Shown here one piece after another: positions 12,548-26,185 of a DNA stretch of 64,000 nt. The translations under genes and the position numbers were made by a program. A model generated the notes under the pieces. That model worked only from the letters and a program-made list of their open reading frames with translations, made no database searches and was not told the origin of the DNA. Location of the stretch: NCBI RefSeq assembly GCF_964188315.1, contig NC_135659.1, positions 27,776,001 through 27,840,000 on the forward strand, written 5' to 3'. Positions within the stretch are counted from its first letter, which is position 1; each line of letters opens with the position of its first letter. Source of the DNA: Podarcis muralis. Taxonomy: Eukaryota.

Positions 12548-13705
12548 GGCTTGTGAGGGCAGAGACTCATTTCCTGCTCTCCACTATACACCAGAGAGCT
12601 CTGTGGACTGGGCTGCCAGAAAGAAAGGAACGCTAGGCATGTCTGCACCTTTTTACACAGTGGTGAGATTCAAAACTGCTGCATGCTGTTCAGATTCTTA
12701 CCACTTTGTTTATAATTGGTGAGATTTCTCCTCACTGCCCCGATCGCACGTCCTGCCTTAATGCTGCAATAACGAGGGGGTAGTATTTTCATTCTTTAAA
12801 ACGGCACGCTGCCTTCTTTACACAAGCACAAATCTGCTATGCGTAGTATATATCTATAACAAAGTTATGCAATTATATAACTTACTAATCTATCTAGCTG
12901 TTTCTAATCATGTGTACGTTTGTAATTTAATAACAATAAATTGAATGATAAATATGTGGTCTGCCTCAAATTATGTGTATATGATGCATATGATTTACAT
13001 GTATAAAACACACATGCCTAGTGAAGCACTGATTTTTTTAAAAAAAACCAATAGCCATTGGGGTGGGCAACTGGGCAGGTAGAGGAAGGTATTTAACCCT
13101 TTTCCTGCCTCTGCACTTTCTTCTCAAAAATGGCCTCTCCCCAAACTGGTTTTCCCACTGCGGGACTGCAGGTGCATGCTTACTGAACGTGAACCTCAAA
13201 TTCCAGCAGCTGCACGGGGATAATTTTGTGAGGAATGACACTAAAGGGTGGTGGAAATAGTAAGGCACTTCCTGCATCTCTTCCATTCAAAACACAGGCC
13301 TCCCAACGCTGCATCTCCTCCTCAGGACAGGACTTGGCTGCATGTAACACGCTGCTTGCCTCGCAAGAGGGTTTTTCAGCAGCTCAGCCTATATCGGCTC
13401 AGAATCAATAATGGAGCCGGAATGCATATCTCAGAGGTAAAAGTAAACAATGGAACCGAGCTAGCCCTTTAACACAGAGTGATGGGAATGTTCTCCTCCG
13501 GGAGTCAAAAAGCAGCTCATGGATTTTTCAGTTCTGCTGAAAATTATCAACTCTTGTATTCCAATACCTACAACACATTTCGTTTGGTGGCCAAAAGGCG
13601 CTGGGTTTTTTTGTGTTTGTTTTGTGTTACAAAAAACTGACTGATTTAAAAAGGCCAGAATGGAATTTAATCTGTTCTGGTTTCCTAATTATTTTTTTTA
13701 AAAAG

Positions 13706-13854
13706 CAGTGCTTTTTTTCCTGGGGATACACAGGGGTACGCATACCCCTAAACATTTTGTGAATCTAAGTTTGGCCTCATTGAGGGGCAGTATTTCAATA
13801 CGTGAAGGAAAATGAGAGTACCCCTAAACCTTTTTTAAAAAGAAAAAAGCACTG
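13706..13854. mobile_element. hAT MITE
   Basis: TIR CAGTGCTTTTTT/AAAAAAGCACTG; 8-bp TSD with 7/8 match (TTAAAAAG/TTTAAAAG). Confidence 0.8.
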
Positions 13855-13954
13855 TTTAAAAGTATTGGATTTCCTATCTTGTGCAGCAAAATAGTTTGGT
13901 GTCATACACAATAATCCTAAACTGATGCTACATAATAATTTTGTATTGGTTTGT

Positions 13955-13998
<44 letters not shown>

Positions 13999-15515
13999 TG
14001 TATGTGTGTGTGTGTTTGCAAATGTGTGTGGTGGTGGAGGGGAGAGAACCAGCTTTATTTACATGTATACTGGTGGCACCTGAATAGGTAGATGAACTGA
14101 CTTAAAGGCGGTTATAGACTAGAACATTTTTGTTACCACCAGCAGACACAAGTACATTTTTCAAACATAATTGCAGAAATTCTGCAGAGAGCGATCAAGT
14201 CAGCAACCAATGAAAGACTCTTGGAAGAGACAGACAGCAGCAGATAGTGACTACTTATCGATCCAATTCTACTATGGGGAATATGATGTGAAAACACACA
14301 CACACGTTTTAGCAGACTATTTTTTACACTATCCCCAATGTCCCCTGGAACATTAGTTTGAAGGCAACAGCATCCTTACACCTATATTAATCAGCTAATC
14401 CTGTTTTATATCCAAAGTTTTTATTTCTGTTCCACAGTACAGTTTTGTCAGGTTGCAAGGGAATACCAAATGAATCATGGAAATTAATGAAAAACAATGT
14501 GTCACGTTTGCTGCGCTGGGTTTTCACATGAGAAGTTAGATCCCTTTTCTTTCCCCCACCAAAGGTTTTCCACAATTCACTGTATTGTATTACAAACCTT
14601 TCCCTCCAAACTAATACTTGCTGGATGAAATGACATCAGAGTCCGATACAAACAATTGCTGAAGCTTAAAACATTTCATGGACAATGCAAAAGAATCAAC
14701 AAACCCACAACAAAAAAAATAAGCTGTTATTATTACCAATTAAAATTAAAAAAAATAATCACCACCAGCTAACACAAAAGTTAAGTAGAAGCAATTCACA
14801 GCAGGATGTCTGACAGCACCTCAAACAGCACAAGGCTTATGAGAGCTTTTATTAAACTCTTTAATACACTTAAATTCTAACTAACCTATGATGAAAAAGT
14901 GATGCAGAGAAAGAACTTCAGTCAGCAACAAGAACAATGAAGCAAATTTGATAAGCGCAAGTCACAAACTGCACTGATGGAGGCAACAGTTGATATTCGT
15001 GCTATTGCTGCCTTTGACTTGAGTGAGATAGGATAGGCAAGAGCTAATATAGTGAGTACAGGAGTATGCTACACAAGGCATTGTCGTTCTCCACTCCAGC
15101 CCCCCACAAACCCCCGAAAAACTGCTCTGGAAGGGGGGGAGGGTTCTCCAGAACAGATTCTTTCTTTTGAGGGGGGAAGTACGGGGTCTGGAGAGAAGAA
15201 ACCCAAAGTCCAGTTGCACAAGCAAGAAGATGTAATTGAGTCTCGTCCTATATCTTTGATTGACAACACAGTTCTGTCCTTGTAAATTTCTGCTCAGAGG
15301 TAAGAACTATTTAGTTCAGTGGGGCTTATTCCCAAGTAAGTTTGTATAAGATTTAAGGCTTGGACCTATCTCGTTAGCAGGGCTGTGCGAGATTCTTCAA
15401 GGTTCTTCAGAACTTCCCCTCTTCCTTCCCCTGAGTCAACCTTTTTGGCATGCTTCTAGAAAGCAGCATTCAAAATCCCATCTACATCTTCTCCATATCC
15501 AAAATATTTAATCTA

Positions 15516-15751
15516 CAGTGGTACCTTGGTTTACGAATTTAATCCGTTCCGGAAGTCCGTTCTTAAACCAAGGCGTGCTTTCCCATAGCAGCGAGGGACT
15601 CAATTTACAAATGGAACACACTCAACAGGAAGCGAAACATGTTCTGCTTCCAAGGCAAAGTTCACAAACCGAAACACCTACTTCTGGGTTTGCAGCATTC
15701 TTAATCCAAGTTGCTCATAAACGAAGCTGTTCTTAAACCAAAGTACCACTG
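15516..15751. mobile_element. Tigger-like MITE
   Basis: TA|CAGTGGTACCTTGGTTTA ... TAAACCAAAGTACCACTG|TA. Confidence 0.88.
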
Positions 15752-16950
15752 TATACCATTAGCTAGACACGCAATAGGATAGTTGTCCACATGGTGGAAA
15801 CAAAACTCACTATTTCATTTAGAAACTTCAAAGTAAAAAATAATACCCTCCAAATGGTATACAGATAAAATTATACATAAAACCTGATCAAAATCTATAA
15901 ACTATTTAAAAACAGACTTAAGAGCTGCTACACTTTCTCTTTTAAAAAATCATACCTTGGCATTTTGTTTTATTTTTAAATTGTGGTGCATCCCTTTGAA
16001 AATAGCAACATAATTATGAAAACCATACAGTGTTCTGACCACTTTACTCATTTGGAAGTAGATCCTTTGACTGAAACTAAGTGAGATAATTCCCTTTTAT
16101 ACATAGTTATAACTAATTTGTCAAGTTTTTGAATCATGGGTTACACAGCTGTGGGGTTGAGCAGTCTGTCAATATTTTTGTTCAGATTCTCCTAGTAAAT
16201 GACCTACGTTGCTGGGTCACATTAACAGGGAAGGGAAATTTGGATAACATCTGCTAAATGTTTACGGTGGCTGGGAGCAGGCAAAGCATTCCAAATTCAT
16301 TGGGTGTTCTCCAGGCACAGTTAAGCAAATCATTGGCACTTAGCTGTGCCCTTCAATAGAATATAGGGAGTGGATTACACCCTTTTCATTTCTTTCTGAT
16401 TTATAGGCTGCTGCACTAAAAATGGCTTCCAAAACGAACAGGACTTTCGATTAAACATGTTGAAGATCAGACGGCAAATGACAGGACATGGGTGGGATAA
16501 TTTACTTACTTTATTCATTTAATTTATATCCCCCCTCACCCTTCCTCTCAAATGAAGGGTTTCAGAGAGCATTCCTGAGGTAGAAGGCAAGCTTCCAGTT
16601 CCTGCAGGGGCCACATTGCCACTTGATGCAGGATTCTGTATGTCAATAGTTTTAGATGACACCCAGATGCAAGTTTTGCCACTTATCTCCTTCGCCAGCC
16701 TTCTCACCCCAGAAAACGAACGTGATGCCTTATCTGCATCCAGAAATGGATGTCGGAAAAGAAGACTAGAGGATGAGATGAATGGTTTTGTGTTTTGGGG
16801 TTCAGACCCCATTTGCATTTAGTTTTTTTTGGGGGGGGGGGAGTGAGTCCCTTGTATCTCAGCATCACTTTGCCATCTATGAAATGGGTGTTTTGTGGCT
16901 GGTTACTCCATCGGCAGCCATTTGTGAATGAGCATGACCCCTCATCCAGG

Positions 16951-17157
16951 CATAGCTGTCAACCTTCCATTTTTTTGCTGGAAATTCCCTTATTCCAGTG
17001 CCGTTTCCTGCTGCTTCCCGCTGCTATCCCAGATTGTTAGATATCCTGTAGACTGTCCCCGAGACAGGTGAGGCTGCTAATCCCTTATTTTTGAGGTTCT
17101 CCGGGACAGGTGAGGCTGCTGATCCCTTATTTTCAAATCTGAAAGTTGACAGCTATG
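16951..17157. mobile_element. hAT MITE
   Basis: TIR CATAGCTGTCAAC/GTTGACAGCTATG; perfect 8-bp TSD CATCCAGG; internal ~30-bp direct repeat (GACAGGTGAGGCTGCT.ATCCCTTATTTT). Confidence 0.9.
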
Positions 17158-17940
17158 CATCCAGGGCACTCATTTTGTAACGGCACCCAAGGTGCACTCT
17201 CAAAATTCCAAATGTATCCCTCCATGGGCCCCCGAAAAAGCTGGAGAACCCATGCATTAGACTCAGGGCTGTGCCCAAACACCCACTAACCATGGAGTTC
17301 ACCAGGCCACTCACTACATCTCAGCTTAAACGTGTCTCAAAAAGTTGTTGTGAAGATTAAATGGGAGGAGAGCCAGGTGTGCTGTCCTGAGCTTAAGGAT
17401 AAAGAGAAGGGAAGGATAAAATTGTAATGCTACAATCCCATTGGTGATCTGCAAGGGCTTTTCAACCAGGTGGAAACATTCACAAAGGAGGGAGGAGGAC
17501 CAGAGGAGGCAATTTTTCAAATTGTCCATCCCTCTTGCCATCTCCAGAATCCACCCCCCCCAAAAAAAATCTGGAGGATGTCACAACCCCACCCCACAGA
17601 ATAAATTTTGGAGGTGAGGTGGGGGCCTGCATTGGGGAGGGGAAGTCAGCAAAAATTCCTTTTCTGCCTGCATCAGCAGACACCTCTGCTTCAGCAGCAG
17701 TGCAGGGAGACAACTTGGATTCAGCCTGAAAACAAATATATAATAGAGTATTGGACTAAATTGTTATTTTCAATAATTTAGCCTGGGGAGAGCGGACACA
17801 GGGGTTTTTGTTTTTGTTTTTAAAAATCTGCTAAATAATTTAATGCTTGCATCCAATGTTCTTTAAAACAAGATTAGTCCCTTTGATTTTCCATTCATGG
17901 TAGATTTCCAACATAGCCATGTAAGCTAAAAAAAGAAGAA

Positions 17941-18317
17941 GTTAAAGGACTCCTGGATTGTTAGGTCCAGTCAAAGGTGACTATGGGGTGTGGCGTTCAT
18001 CTTGCTTTCAGGCCAAGGGAGCCGGCATTTGCATTTGTCCACAGACAACTTTCTGGGTCATGTGGCCAGCATGACTAACCCGCTTCTGGCGCAATGAAAC
18101 ACCGTGACAGAAGCCAGAGCGCATGGAAATGTTGTTCCCACTACAGCGGTACCTATTTATCTACTTGCCACTGGTGTGCTTTGAAATTGCTAGGTTGGCA
18201 GAAGCTGGGAAAGTGCAACAGGAGCTCACTACCATCAAGCAGATTCGAACCGCCGACCTTCTGATCAGCAAGCCCAAGAGGTGCAGTGTTTTAGACCACA
18301 GCGCCATCTGCATCCCT
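17941..18317 (-). mobile_element. Sauria SINE (diverged)
   Basis: Shares GGGTCATGTGGCCAGCATGACT and GGTACCTATTTATCTACTTGC core. Confidence 0.85.
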
Positions 18318-19767
18318 TCTAGCCAGCTGAGCTACCTTGGATATGACAGTATTCCCTCTTCCCTCACTCACTTCAATCTTTTTTATGGCATCAGCCTTTG
18401 GGTTAAGATTCATTTACATTACTAAATGTTTAAGAAGCTTTTTGCACCATACCTTTATATAGAATTATTTCTTGATATAGTGACAAGCTGAGAAAGCTAT
18501 GAATTGCAGTCCCTCTTCTCATTCAAAACACTGGAAAGTGGGGGGAGATGGGAGGGGGAGATTCTCCCACAAGTGCTATTTTCCTTAATGCAAAGATACA
18601 ACAAAAGATGAAAGTCCTTGTGTTTCTGGATGGCCCTGTGTTAGGCAGATGTGAACAAGCCTTGTGATACTATGAAAATAAGTGTCTGGGGAGGGGGCTG
18701 CTAAGCGGGGTGGGGTGGCAAAGAGACCCCAAGCAGAAGAGAGTCATTACATAACCTCAGGCACCTGAGTTTAACCACTGAGCTTTAGAAGTTGAAACAA
18801 CAACCCCCCAAAATGTTTAATTATTATTCTTTTTATAAAAAAAGGCCTAGAAAGACTGTACTCTCCAGGGCTTAGTGATAGGATTGTCTCTACAATCGAA
18901 AGGTAATGTTATAATTTTCAGAGCTTCACAGAGAACAAAGAAACCTTCCCCCCCTCCCACTAACACCTTCCTGAAAAGAACTCCAGTCTCCAGCAATGAT
19001 AAGCAGAGATTTGGAGGTATCTGACACTCCAAATCCTATTCTTTTGTAAATCTTTGCTTTATACAACATTTTCAACCATGTTATATTAGATTTTTCGAAG
19101 GATAATCAATAGGCATGATGTATAACTGAAAGCACTCTTCAAAGTGAATCTCTTCCAGAAGCCAGAAACAAAAGCCTAGTGCTTTCTTTCTTTCTTTCTT
19201 CCTCTCTCTCTTTCTCCTCCTCCTCTTGCTGAAAATCTAGCCTGAGCAGTGGGGGGAGGCAAAAGCCGCCGGGGAGCAAATTAAAAAGCCGGTTTTGACC
19301 ACGGCTCTCCTCGTTGAAAGCAAAAGTCACCCTGAGCCGGCTGTAACTTATTCCAGCTGGCAACAGTCCCCGAGGAATCCTGTTGCAAATTGGGAATGCT
19401 TAAGCATGGCAGCGACGTGGAGAGAATTCCGACATGGCTACAGTGGCGTGAGCTTTCTGGGTTTCCTCTGCACCAACCAGATCAGCTGGAAAGGGAGGTG
19501 GAGCTCCTCCAGGGAACGGGTCTCAATGTTCAAGACTGTGACCCAAACTCTAAATCTGTTTTAATTGGTGTGACATTTTCAAAAAAAATAAAATAAAATT
19601 GTTGTATTTGCTAATGGGAAATTATAAGGAAATAAAGGTCTGCCCTGATATAGCCTGAATGAGCCCCACATACATCAGGACTGGCTTAGTTCAAGGTATT
19701 GCAGATGACCTACAAAGCTGGAAGTGGCCTGACTCCAGCAATATCTGGAGACTTGGCTGCCTCTGTA

Positions 19768-20134
19768 GGGACGCGGGTGGCGCTGTGGGTAAAACCTCAG
19801 CGCCTAGGGCTTGCCAATCGCATGGTCGGCGGTTCGAATCCCCGCGGTGGGGCGAGCTCCTGTCCTTTGGTCCCAGCTCCTGCCCACCTAGCAGTTCGAA
19901 AGCACCCCTAAGTGCAAGTAGATAAATAGGTAGCGCTTTATAGCGGGAAGGTAAACCGTGTTTCCGTGTGCTGCGCTGGTGCTGGCTCACCCGAGCAGCT
20001 TCGTCACGCTGGCCATGTGACCCGGAAGTGTCTCCGGACAGTGCTGGCCCCCGGCCTCTTCAGTGAGATGGTCACACAACCCTAGAGTCGGACACGACTG
20101 GCCCGTACGGGCAGGGGTACCTTTACCTTTTACC
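19768..20134 (+). mobile_element. Sauria SINE (full length)
   Basis: tRNA-like head GGGACGCGGGTGGCGCTG...GGTTCGAATCC, BovB-like GAGTCGGACACGACT segment, (ACCTTT) tail, approximate TSD TGGCTGCCTCT. Confidence 0.9.
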
Positions 20135-20410
20135 TGGCTGCCTCTACTCTCACATGCCTTTAAGACCCATTGGCAGTCCCATGAACAGACTAGGTGCCAG
20201 TGGGGATCCCTTCTATCTTGACAATTCCATGGTTCCATGAAACCCCACATTACCAAGCTGTAAGGTCTCGATGGAATTTGATAATAGTGTGTTCCCATAC
20301 CTGTACACCATATAATGATGATGTTTAATGGATCAGCTCAACAACTGCTTCTCTGGCATGTTTTTTTAAAGGGGAGAAAAACTGAAGTTGGCTTGACAAC
20401 CATATGTCAG

Positions 20411-20511
20411 GCGTACTCTGATGGTGTTTCCTGCTTGGCAGGAGGTTGGACTCGATGGCCCTTGTGGTCTATTCCAACTCTATGATTCTATGATTCTATT
20501 CTATGATTCTA
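20411..20511 (+). mobile_element. CR1 LINE 3' end
   Basis: CCTGCTTGGCAGGAGGTTGGACTCGATGGCC followed by an (ATTCTATG)n tail. Confidence 0.85.
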
Positions 20512-20740
20512 AGTGGGAGGTTAGGAATGTGGCACAGCTTGGATTGTGAGACCAAAACTTACTAATTAAATACTTGGTTTTTTTTCCTTCTCCACCCCAG
20601 ACAGTAGCATAGTGGCAAGCTTCATACTATATTGAAAGGTGGCATAAAAATCTTATAAATAAATAACTAATTAACAAGCCTCGGAGCCCAGTACCCAGCA
20701 TAGGCAAGCATCTGAGAGTGAGTGGTCTAATGTAACATAC

Positions 20741-20920
20741 CTTTCCCACCAGGTCAGCGATTTTGGGCACAGGTTTTCCCTTCTGATGCCTTATAGTTGG
20801 TGGGCTCTGTCCATCCCAGTCTTGAAATTCTTCTATGCTTTGCAGATAAAGCAGAGCTCTCAGCCCAGTGCAGTAATCCTCAATCACGGTAAAATCTTGA
20901 TTCTGTATTGCACTGCAAAC
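20741..20920 (-). CDS. DPYD: DPYD coding exon (equivalent to human exon 20)
   Basis: Minus strand tctattgtag|GTT TGC AGT GCA...GTG GGA AAG|gtatgt translates to [60 protein letters not shown]. It is 180 bp, phase 0, and joins in frame to the exon at 36251-36393. Confidence 0.97.
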
Positions 20921-21246
20921 CTACAATAGAAGATGCAAACTTTGTTACTATGGAAATGTGTATCTATTGATGTCAGAGGCAGAAGGTACGGAACTCATGA
21001 ATGAAGATGACCGACCTTTCGTACCCAAGTCTTTTTGAGGCACTTATTGATCATGGATTGTTATACTTGCTGTAGGGTTTCAGGTAAATTGGTAGCCATG
21101 AGTAGGTTCAAACAGGACAAAGTAATCAGTTGTTCTTTACTCTTTTCTTTGTTTTAGTAATATGGATTTGGCAACCAATCCATTGGTCCAGTTCTATTTG
21201 TCAGTAAGCGTTCATTGAATATTCAGAATTTTTAGCCCATATTTTT

Positions 21247-21314
21247 TGTTGTTGTTTAGTCGTTTAGTCGTGTCCGACTCTTCGTGACCCCATGGACCAG
21301 AGCACGCCAGGCAC
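21247..21314 (-). mobile_element. BovB extreme 3' end (~70 bp)
   Basis: TTGTTGTTTAGTCGTTTAGTCGTGTCCGACTCTTCGTGACCCCATGGACCAGAGCACGCCAGGCAC. Confidence 0.85.
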
Positions 21315-21835
21315 TTCTACCCATATTACTGACACACAATAATGCAAGTACTTGGATGTATTCACTGATAAGCAAGCTGCAGCAAAATAACTGGAACTTG
21401 CCCCTTGTACATTTTATTAGTGTGTGGCATAATAATGCTTTCCCTGAACAAAATAACTTGAAAGCTTGCCATTTCCAGTTACTTTCCTACCTGCTTGTTC
21501 CAAACTTTAATTGGAAATGAGCCTTGAAGAACCCCCGAAAGAAGAATTCAATATTATAATATACCTCCCTGGCTTCCATTTGCATTAATAACAAAGAACT
21601 GCATTATTGAGTGCTGTGCTGAAATGTGTTCTCCAATTTTTTCAAAAATCTTCTTCCCCTATGAAAGAAGCTTCAGTTTTTCTGCCTCTTTGTCAGAGTG
21701 CTGTAGAAAGTCTTCAGAACTTCCGTTGTTTTTTAAAGATTTGGAGGGTGTGGAATTGAGCTTAACTTTATTTTTGTGAGAGTGGCCATGGATGATATGT
21801 CTGTGTTTTTCTTTCCATTAGACATTACTCTAGAA

Positions 21836-21962
21836 CAGCCTTTCTCCACACTGGGTCCCCCACACTGCAACTCCCACCATCCCTAGCTAGCAGGACTAGT
21901 GGTCAGGTATGATGGGAGTTGCAGTCTAACCACATCTGCAGACCCAGTATGGAGAAAGGCTG
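21836..21962. mobile_element. Palindromic hAT (Charlie-like) MITE
   Basis: TIR CAGCCTTTCTCCA/TGGAGAAAGGCTG; perfect 8-bp TSD CTCTAGAA. Confidence 0.92.
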
Positions 21963-22589
21963 CTCTAGAACTTTGCAGCCTCCCTGGCTGCCTGCACTCT
22001 CTGATCTGAAAAAGCCACATGGAAGGAGGTGGCTCCTTCTGAACTTTCATTAAAGCATGGGAAGTCAGAGAGGTTTGCTTCTGAGCACCTGAGACCAATA
22101 TGCTCACTGGTTTTGCTTTTAAAGAAAGGGTGTCCTTTTAGCTGCTTTTTTTAAAAAAAGAAAAGCCTGCACTGATTTGTTTACAAGTAAAAAGACTTTA
22201 AAAAGAAACAAGGAACAGTGTTACACACACACTAGGCAGCCTCCCCAACTTCTCATGTTCGTAGCAAAACCAAGCTGTGGACATGAGTTTTTCAGGAAAC
22301 AAAAGCATCCAGGAGAACTGCCGAGTGCAGAGAAATGGTGAGTAGTCTGAACGAAAAGAAAAACACTCCAGGCCACTTTAAAAGGTAAAGCAAGCACACA
22401 CATTAAAATGGCACATTCCCCCCCCCCCCCATGTCCACTTTGATCTTTTTTGAAAATAACTTCTTCTCTGATTAATAGACTGAGAATAGTAAAATAAAAA
22501 TGCAAGAAGAATTTTCAGCACAGGGCTAGTATTATTCCAAAGCACTCTTGCACATTTGGACATAATATGAAATGCCCAGCTATTCCAAA

Positions 22590-22631
<42 letters not shown>

Positions 22632-23592
22632 ACCCGACCACCTAAATTAACTTGCGCAACTTTGAAGCCACAACTGATGAAATCCTAGGTAACATCATCA
22701 AAGCTTTTTGGGTGCCACCCGCTATATCATACAAGCTACTGTTCATGGGGCAGGGTGGAAGGGATGGGGGAAGAGTATACTTTGAAATACTGTACACTAC
22801 AGCTGCTCAGGAAGAAACAAGGAACAAGTATAAAATATGCACAAGAACATTTCCTATGCAGCCCATTTACATTACACAAAATCTGTTTCTCTGGAGGAAC
22901 AGTGTGAGCATTAATTAGGTCTGTTATACCTTCCATAGATTTAAGCTTTATCTTTCTCACTCTCTCTCCCCCGCCTCTCTCTCTCCTCCTCAGAACAATT
23001 ATAGAGAACATCATTATAATTTCCTCCACAGGTTATTTAACTGTAAAACTCAACCAATGCTTTATTTAAATTTCTTTGTTCACTAAGGGCTTCTAATTTT
23101 TAAATATATGAGTAATATTATTTTTTTCCTGGATGCTGGGGAAAAAAGAAAGGGGGCATTGAAAATGCAGGTAAAAGATATGCTGGCTTATATAATTCAA
23201 ACACGCCAGATTCCCATGCCGAAACATTATGGTATTTTGACAGTTTGTATGCAGTTGAAATACGCAGGGGCACAACTATTCTAATTTTATACACAATGTG
23301 ATTTTTAATGTGTGGTTTTTTACCTTATTTTAATGGCACCAGTTGAAATAGTATCAGGATGCACTGCCTTCATAGAAATAGGGAGGCCAGCCAATCAAAT
23401 TCCCAGCTGTGCATCAAAGCATATATCACGACTGATCCAGGCTGGCGGAGTTCTCACAATGGACAAGAAAGCAAGGCAGGGTGCTGCGACAATTATGTAT
23501 TAGGAAATGCAAAAACCAATCGGTAGGGCACTGCATGATCTGGGATAGCTCTTATGGCACAGTAGGAATTTATCCAACAGATTATATATATA

Positions 23593-24248
23593 TCGTATTT
23601 TTCGCTCCATAAGGCGCACCGGACCATAAGGCGCACCTAGTTTTTAGAGGGGAAAGCCTGGGTCCCCCCCCCCCGCCCCAAAGAGCAAAGAAGCCAAGAC
23701 AGCGAGTGGGATCCATCCCACTCGCTGTCTTGGCTTCCTCTTTAGCCACACGCAACCTCTCCAGCCGGGAGAGGCTGCACAGGGCTAAAGAAGCCATATC
23801 TGCGTGCAGCCTCTCCCTGCTGGAGGGGCTGTGCACGGCTATCCCTGAAGCCTTCAGAGTGCAGAGCAAGTTCCCGCTGCACTCCGCAGGCTTTGGGTTC
23901 CTTTTGCTGAAGCCAGGAGAGTCTTGCTCTCCCGGCTTTAGCAGAAGGAACCTGAGGCCTGCGGAGCGCAGCGGGAACTCGCGCTGCACTCTGAAGGCTT
24001 CAGGCGGCTATCCCTGAAGCCTGGAGAGCGAGAAGGGTCAGTGGGCACTGACCCCTCTCACTTTCCAGGCTTCAGCGAAAGCAACGCGGAGCCTCCGGAG
24101 TGCAGAGGGAGCGCTCCCTCTGCGCTTCGGAGGCTTCGCGTTGCTATTGCTGAAGCCAAGGAGCCTGCATTCGCTCCATAGGACGCACACACATTTCCCC
24201 TTAATTTTTGGAGGGGAAAAAGTGTATCCTATAGAGCGAAAAATACGG
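23593..24248. mobile_element. Non-autonomous Tc1/mariner-type element (CCGTATTT-type TIR) with internal hairpins
   Basis: TA|TCGTATTTTTCGCTCCATAAGGCGCAC ... GTGTATCCTATAGAGCGAAAAATACGG|TA. Confidence 0.82.
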
Positions 24249-25934
24249 TATATAATCTCAGGTGAAACTAAATTCTTACATCCCCAAGCAGGGCCAGTGC
24301 CCCCCTTATGAAGGCAGCATGCGATTGAGCATGTGTGAGATCACCACGTGGCATGGATCCAGAGTTGTTTACTGCGGCACAGTACTGAATGCCCCTCCAC
24401 TTGTACCTCCACCAACAAGGCATTAAAGAGCGTGGGCAGTTTTGGATGGTTGCTGTTTTGATTAGGAGTCCTTCCCCCCCCTGCCCCCACCCCCCGTATT
24501 GCTACACCCATGATCTTTATCAGAGAGACAGCTCGTTAGTCAAGGCTGGCCTGAGACATTTTGCTGCCCGAGATGCTGCAGAAAATGTTGCCTATCCCCA
24601 CTCCACGTCAAGGTGCATAGGGCCCAAAGGTGGTCAAGTTATTTCGGCACCCGAGGCAGGAAATCCCACAAGAGCTGCTCCCTGAGAGTAAAAATACATG
24701 GATAATAACAACTGTCCTTTCGTGACACCCCAAATCAGCCACATCTTTCTCACTCTGCTTAATCATAGGGCTGACCGAGTGAGCTTAACCTACCACTTAA
24801 ACCTGTAGATGGCACCTGTAGATTTACCTGTCATGAAGTGAAGGGAAGAGAAAGAATGAGCTTTTCTGTGCCCCTGTCTCATTCCCTCTGTTTTCTGCTG
24901 GGCCCTTCATTCAAGGCAATGTCCCTTATTGATGTGCTTTACTTCTGCACATTCCCCATTTATTAGCCACATCACCTACTGCATGCGAAAGAGCATGTTT
25001 GCCTGTGCTTATGTACATCCATCAGCTAACATTATAAATATTTGTTCCCACTTGTTGTATCTGTACAACACCAAAAACAGCGATATCGCTGTGTACTGCA
25101 TTTAGCAAAAAAAAACGTTAACAGACAATCAGCGGAGATCAAAGTGAGTTTCCAAGTAGTTTCCTGGCAATTGAGACAGCAGCCTCTTTCATCTGTGCTG
25201 TTACGGTGGCAGTGTATTCTTTGGAGATCACAAATGTTTCACTCGACTATCATTTCCCCCCTTTGTCAAAGTGATAAAATTCTAGCATTTACCAGAATGC
25301 CACCTTGCTTCCCCCAAAAGGTGGAGGCTCGGTTCAGCTTTGCTACTGAACTGCAGAAGATTGCCAAGTAAAAGAGCTTTCCAAATGCCATCCTATTAGG
25401 AAGCCAGCCTTTCACCTCAGTGTTTCTAATATTCTCAGCGTATCAATGGGATAAGCAACAAAAACTGTACTCAAGGTACCTTAGAAAGGTCCTGCAGTGG
25501 ATAGGTTGTTTTGATTATATTATGTTTAATTTGGCTGACTTTGAAATGTTACTCAGTGGTAATACACGGAAGGTAAGTAAAAAGTTATGCACGCAGTCCA
25601 TTAAGCACACTTGCCACATTATTTCCTTGCATTTTAAATTGGCAATGAGAGACGCAAAATAAATCAGCCTATGACTTCAGGGTTACAAAAGTGCCAAGGT
25701 AAGCCTTATTCGTTTCTTTTTGCAAAGTCTGATCAAGACCATTTCCATTTTTGCTCACTTGGGTAATATTTTTGGAACTATAGAAAATGGCATGAAAGCA
25801 CATCATGCGGGTGTCATCAAAACTTCAGTAGATGCTGATGTGTCTAATACAAATTAACACTTTGGGTGGTGAAAAAGTGCATATCAAGGGTGGGATTTAC
25901 CTAACACACCCGGTCAGTGGAAGCCATTAATAAT

Positions 25935-26185
25935 AGTTTTATTATTTGTACCCCAACCATCTGACTAGGTGGCCCCTACCACTCTGGGCAGCTTCCAGCA
26001 TATATAAAAACATAATAAAACATGAAACATTAAATCCTTCCCAGTACATGGCTGCCTTCAGATGTCTTTTAAAGATTGTGTAGTTCTTTCTCTCCTTGAC
26101 ATCTAAAGGGAGGGCATTCGACAGGGTGGCTGCTATTACTGAAGACCCTCTGCCTGGTTCCCTGTAACCTCACTTCTTGCAAGGT
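25935..26185 (-). mobile_element. L2 LINE 3' fragment
   Basis: Reverse complement of the 31192/52245 family (CACTCTGGGCAGCTTCC, GCTGCCTTCAGATGTCTT). Confidence 0.75.

Noticed and set aside
1-20740. DPYD exon 21 (KLPSFGPY...) expected downstream
   Set aside because: Not found by eye on the minus strand. It probably lies beyond position 1, though the N gap is unreadable.
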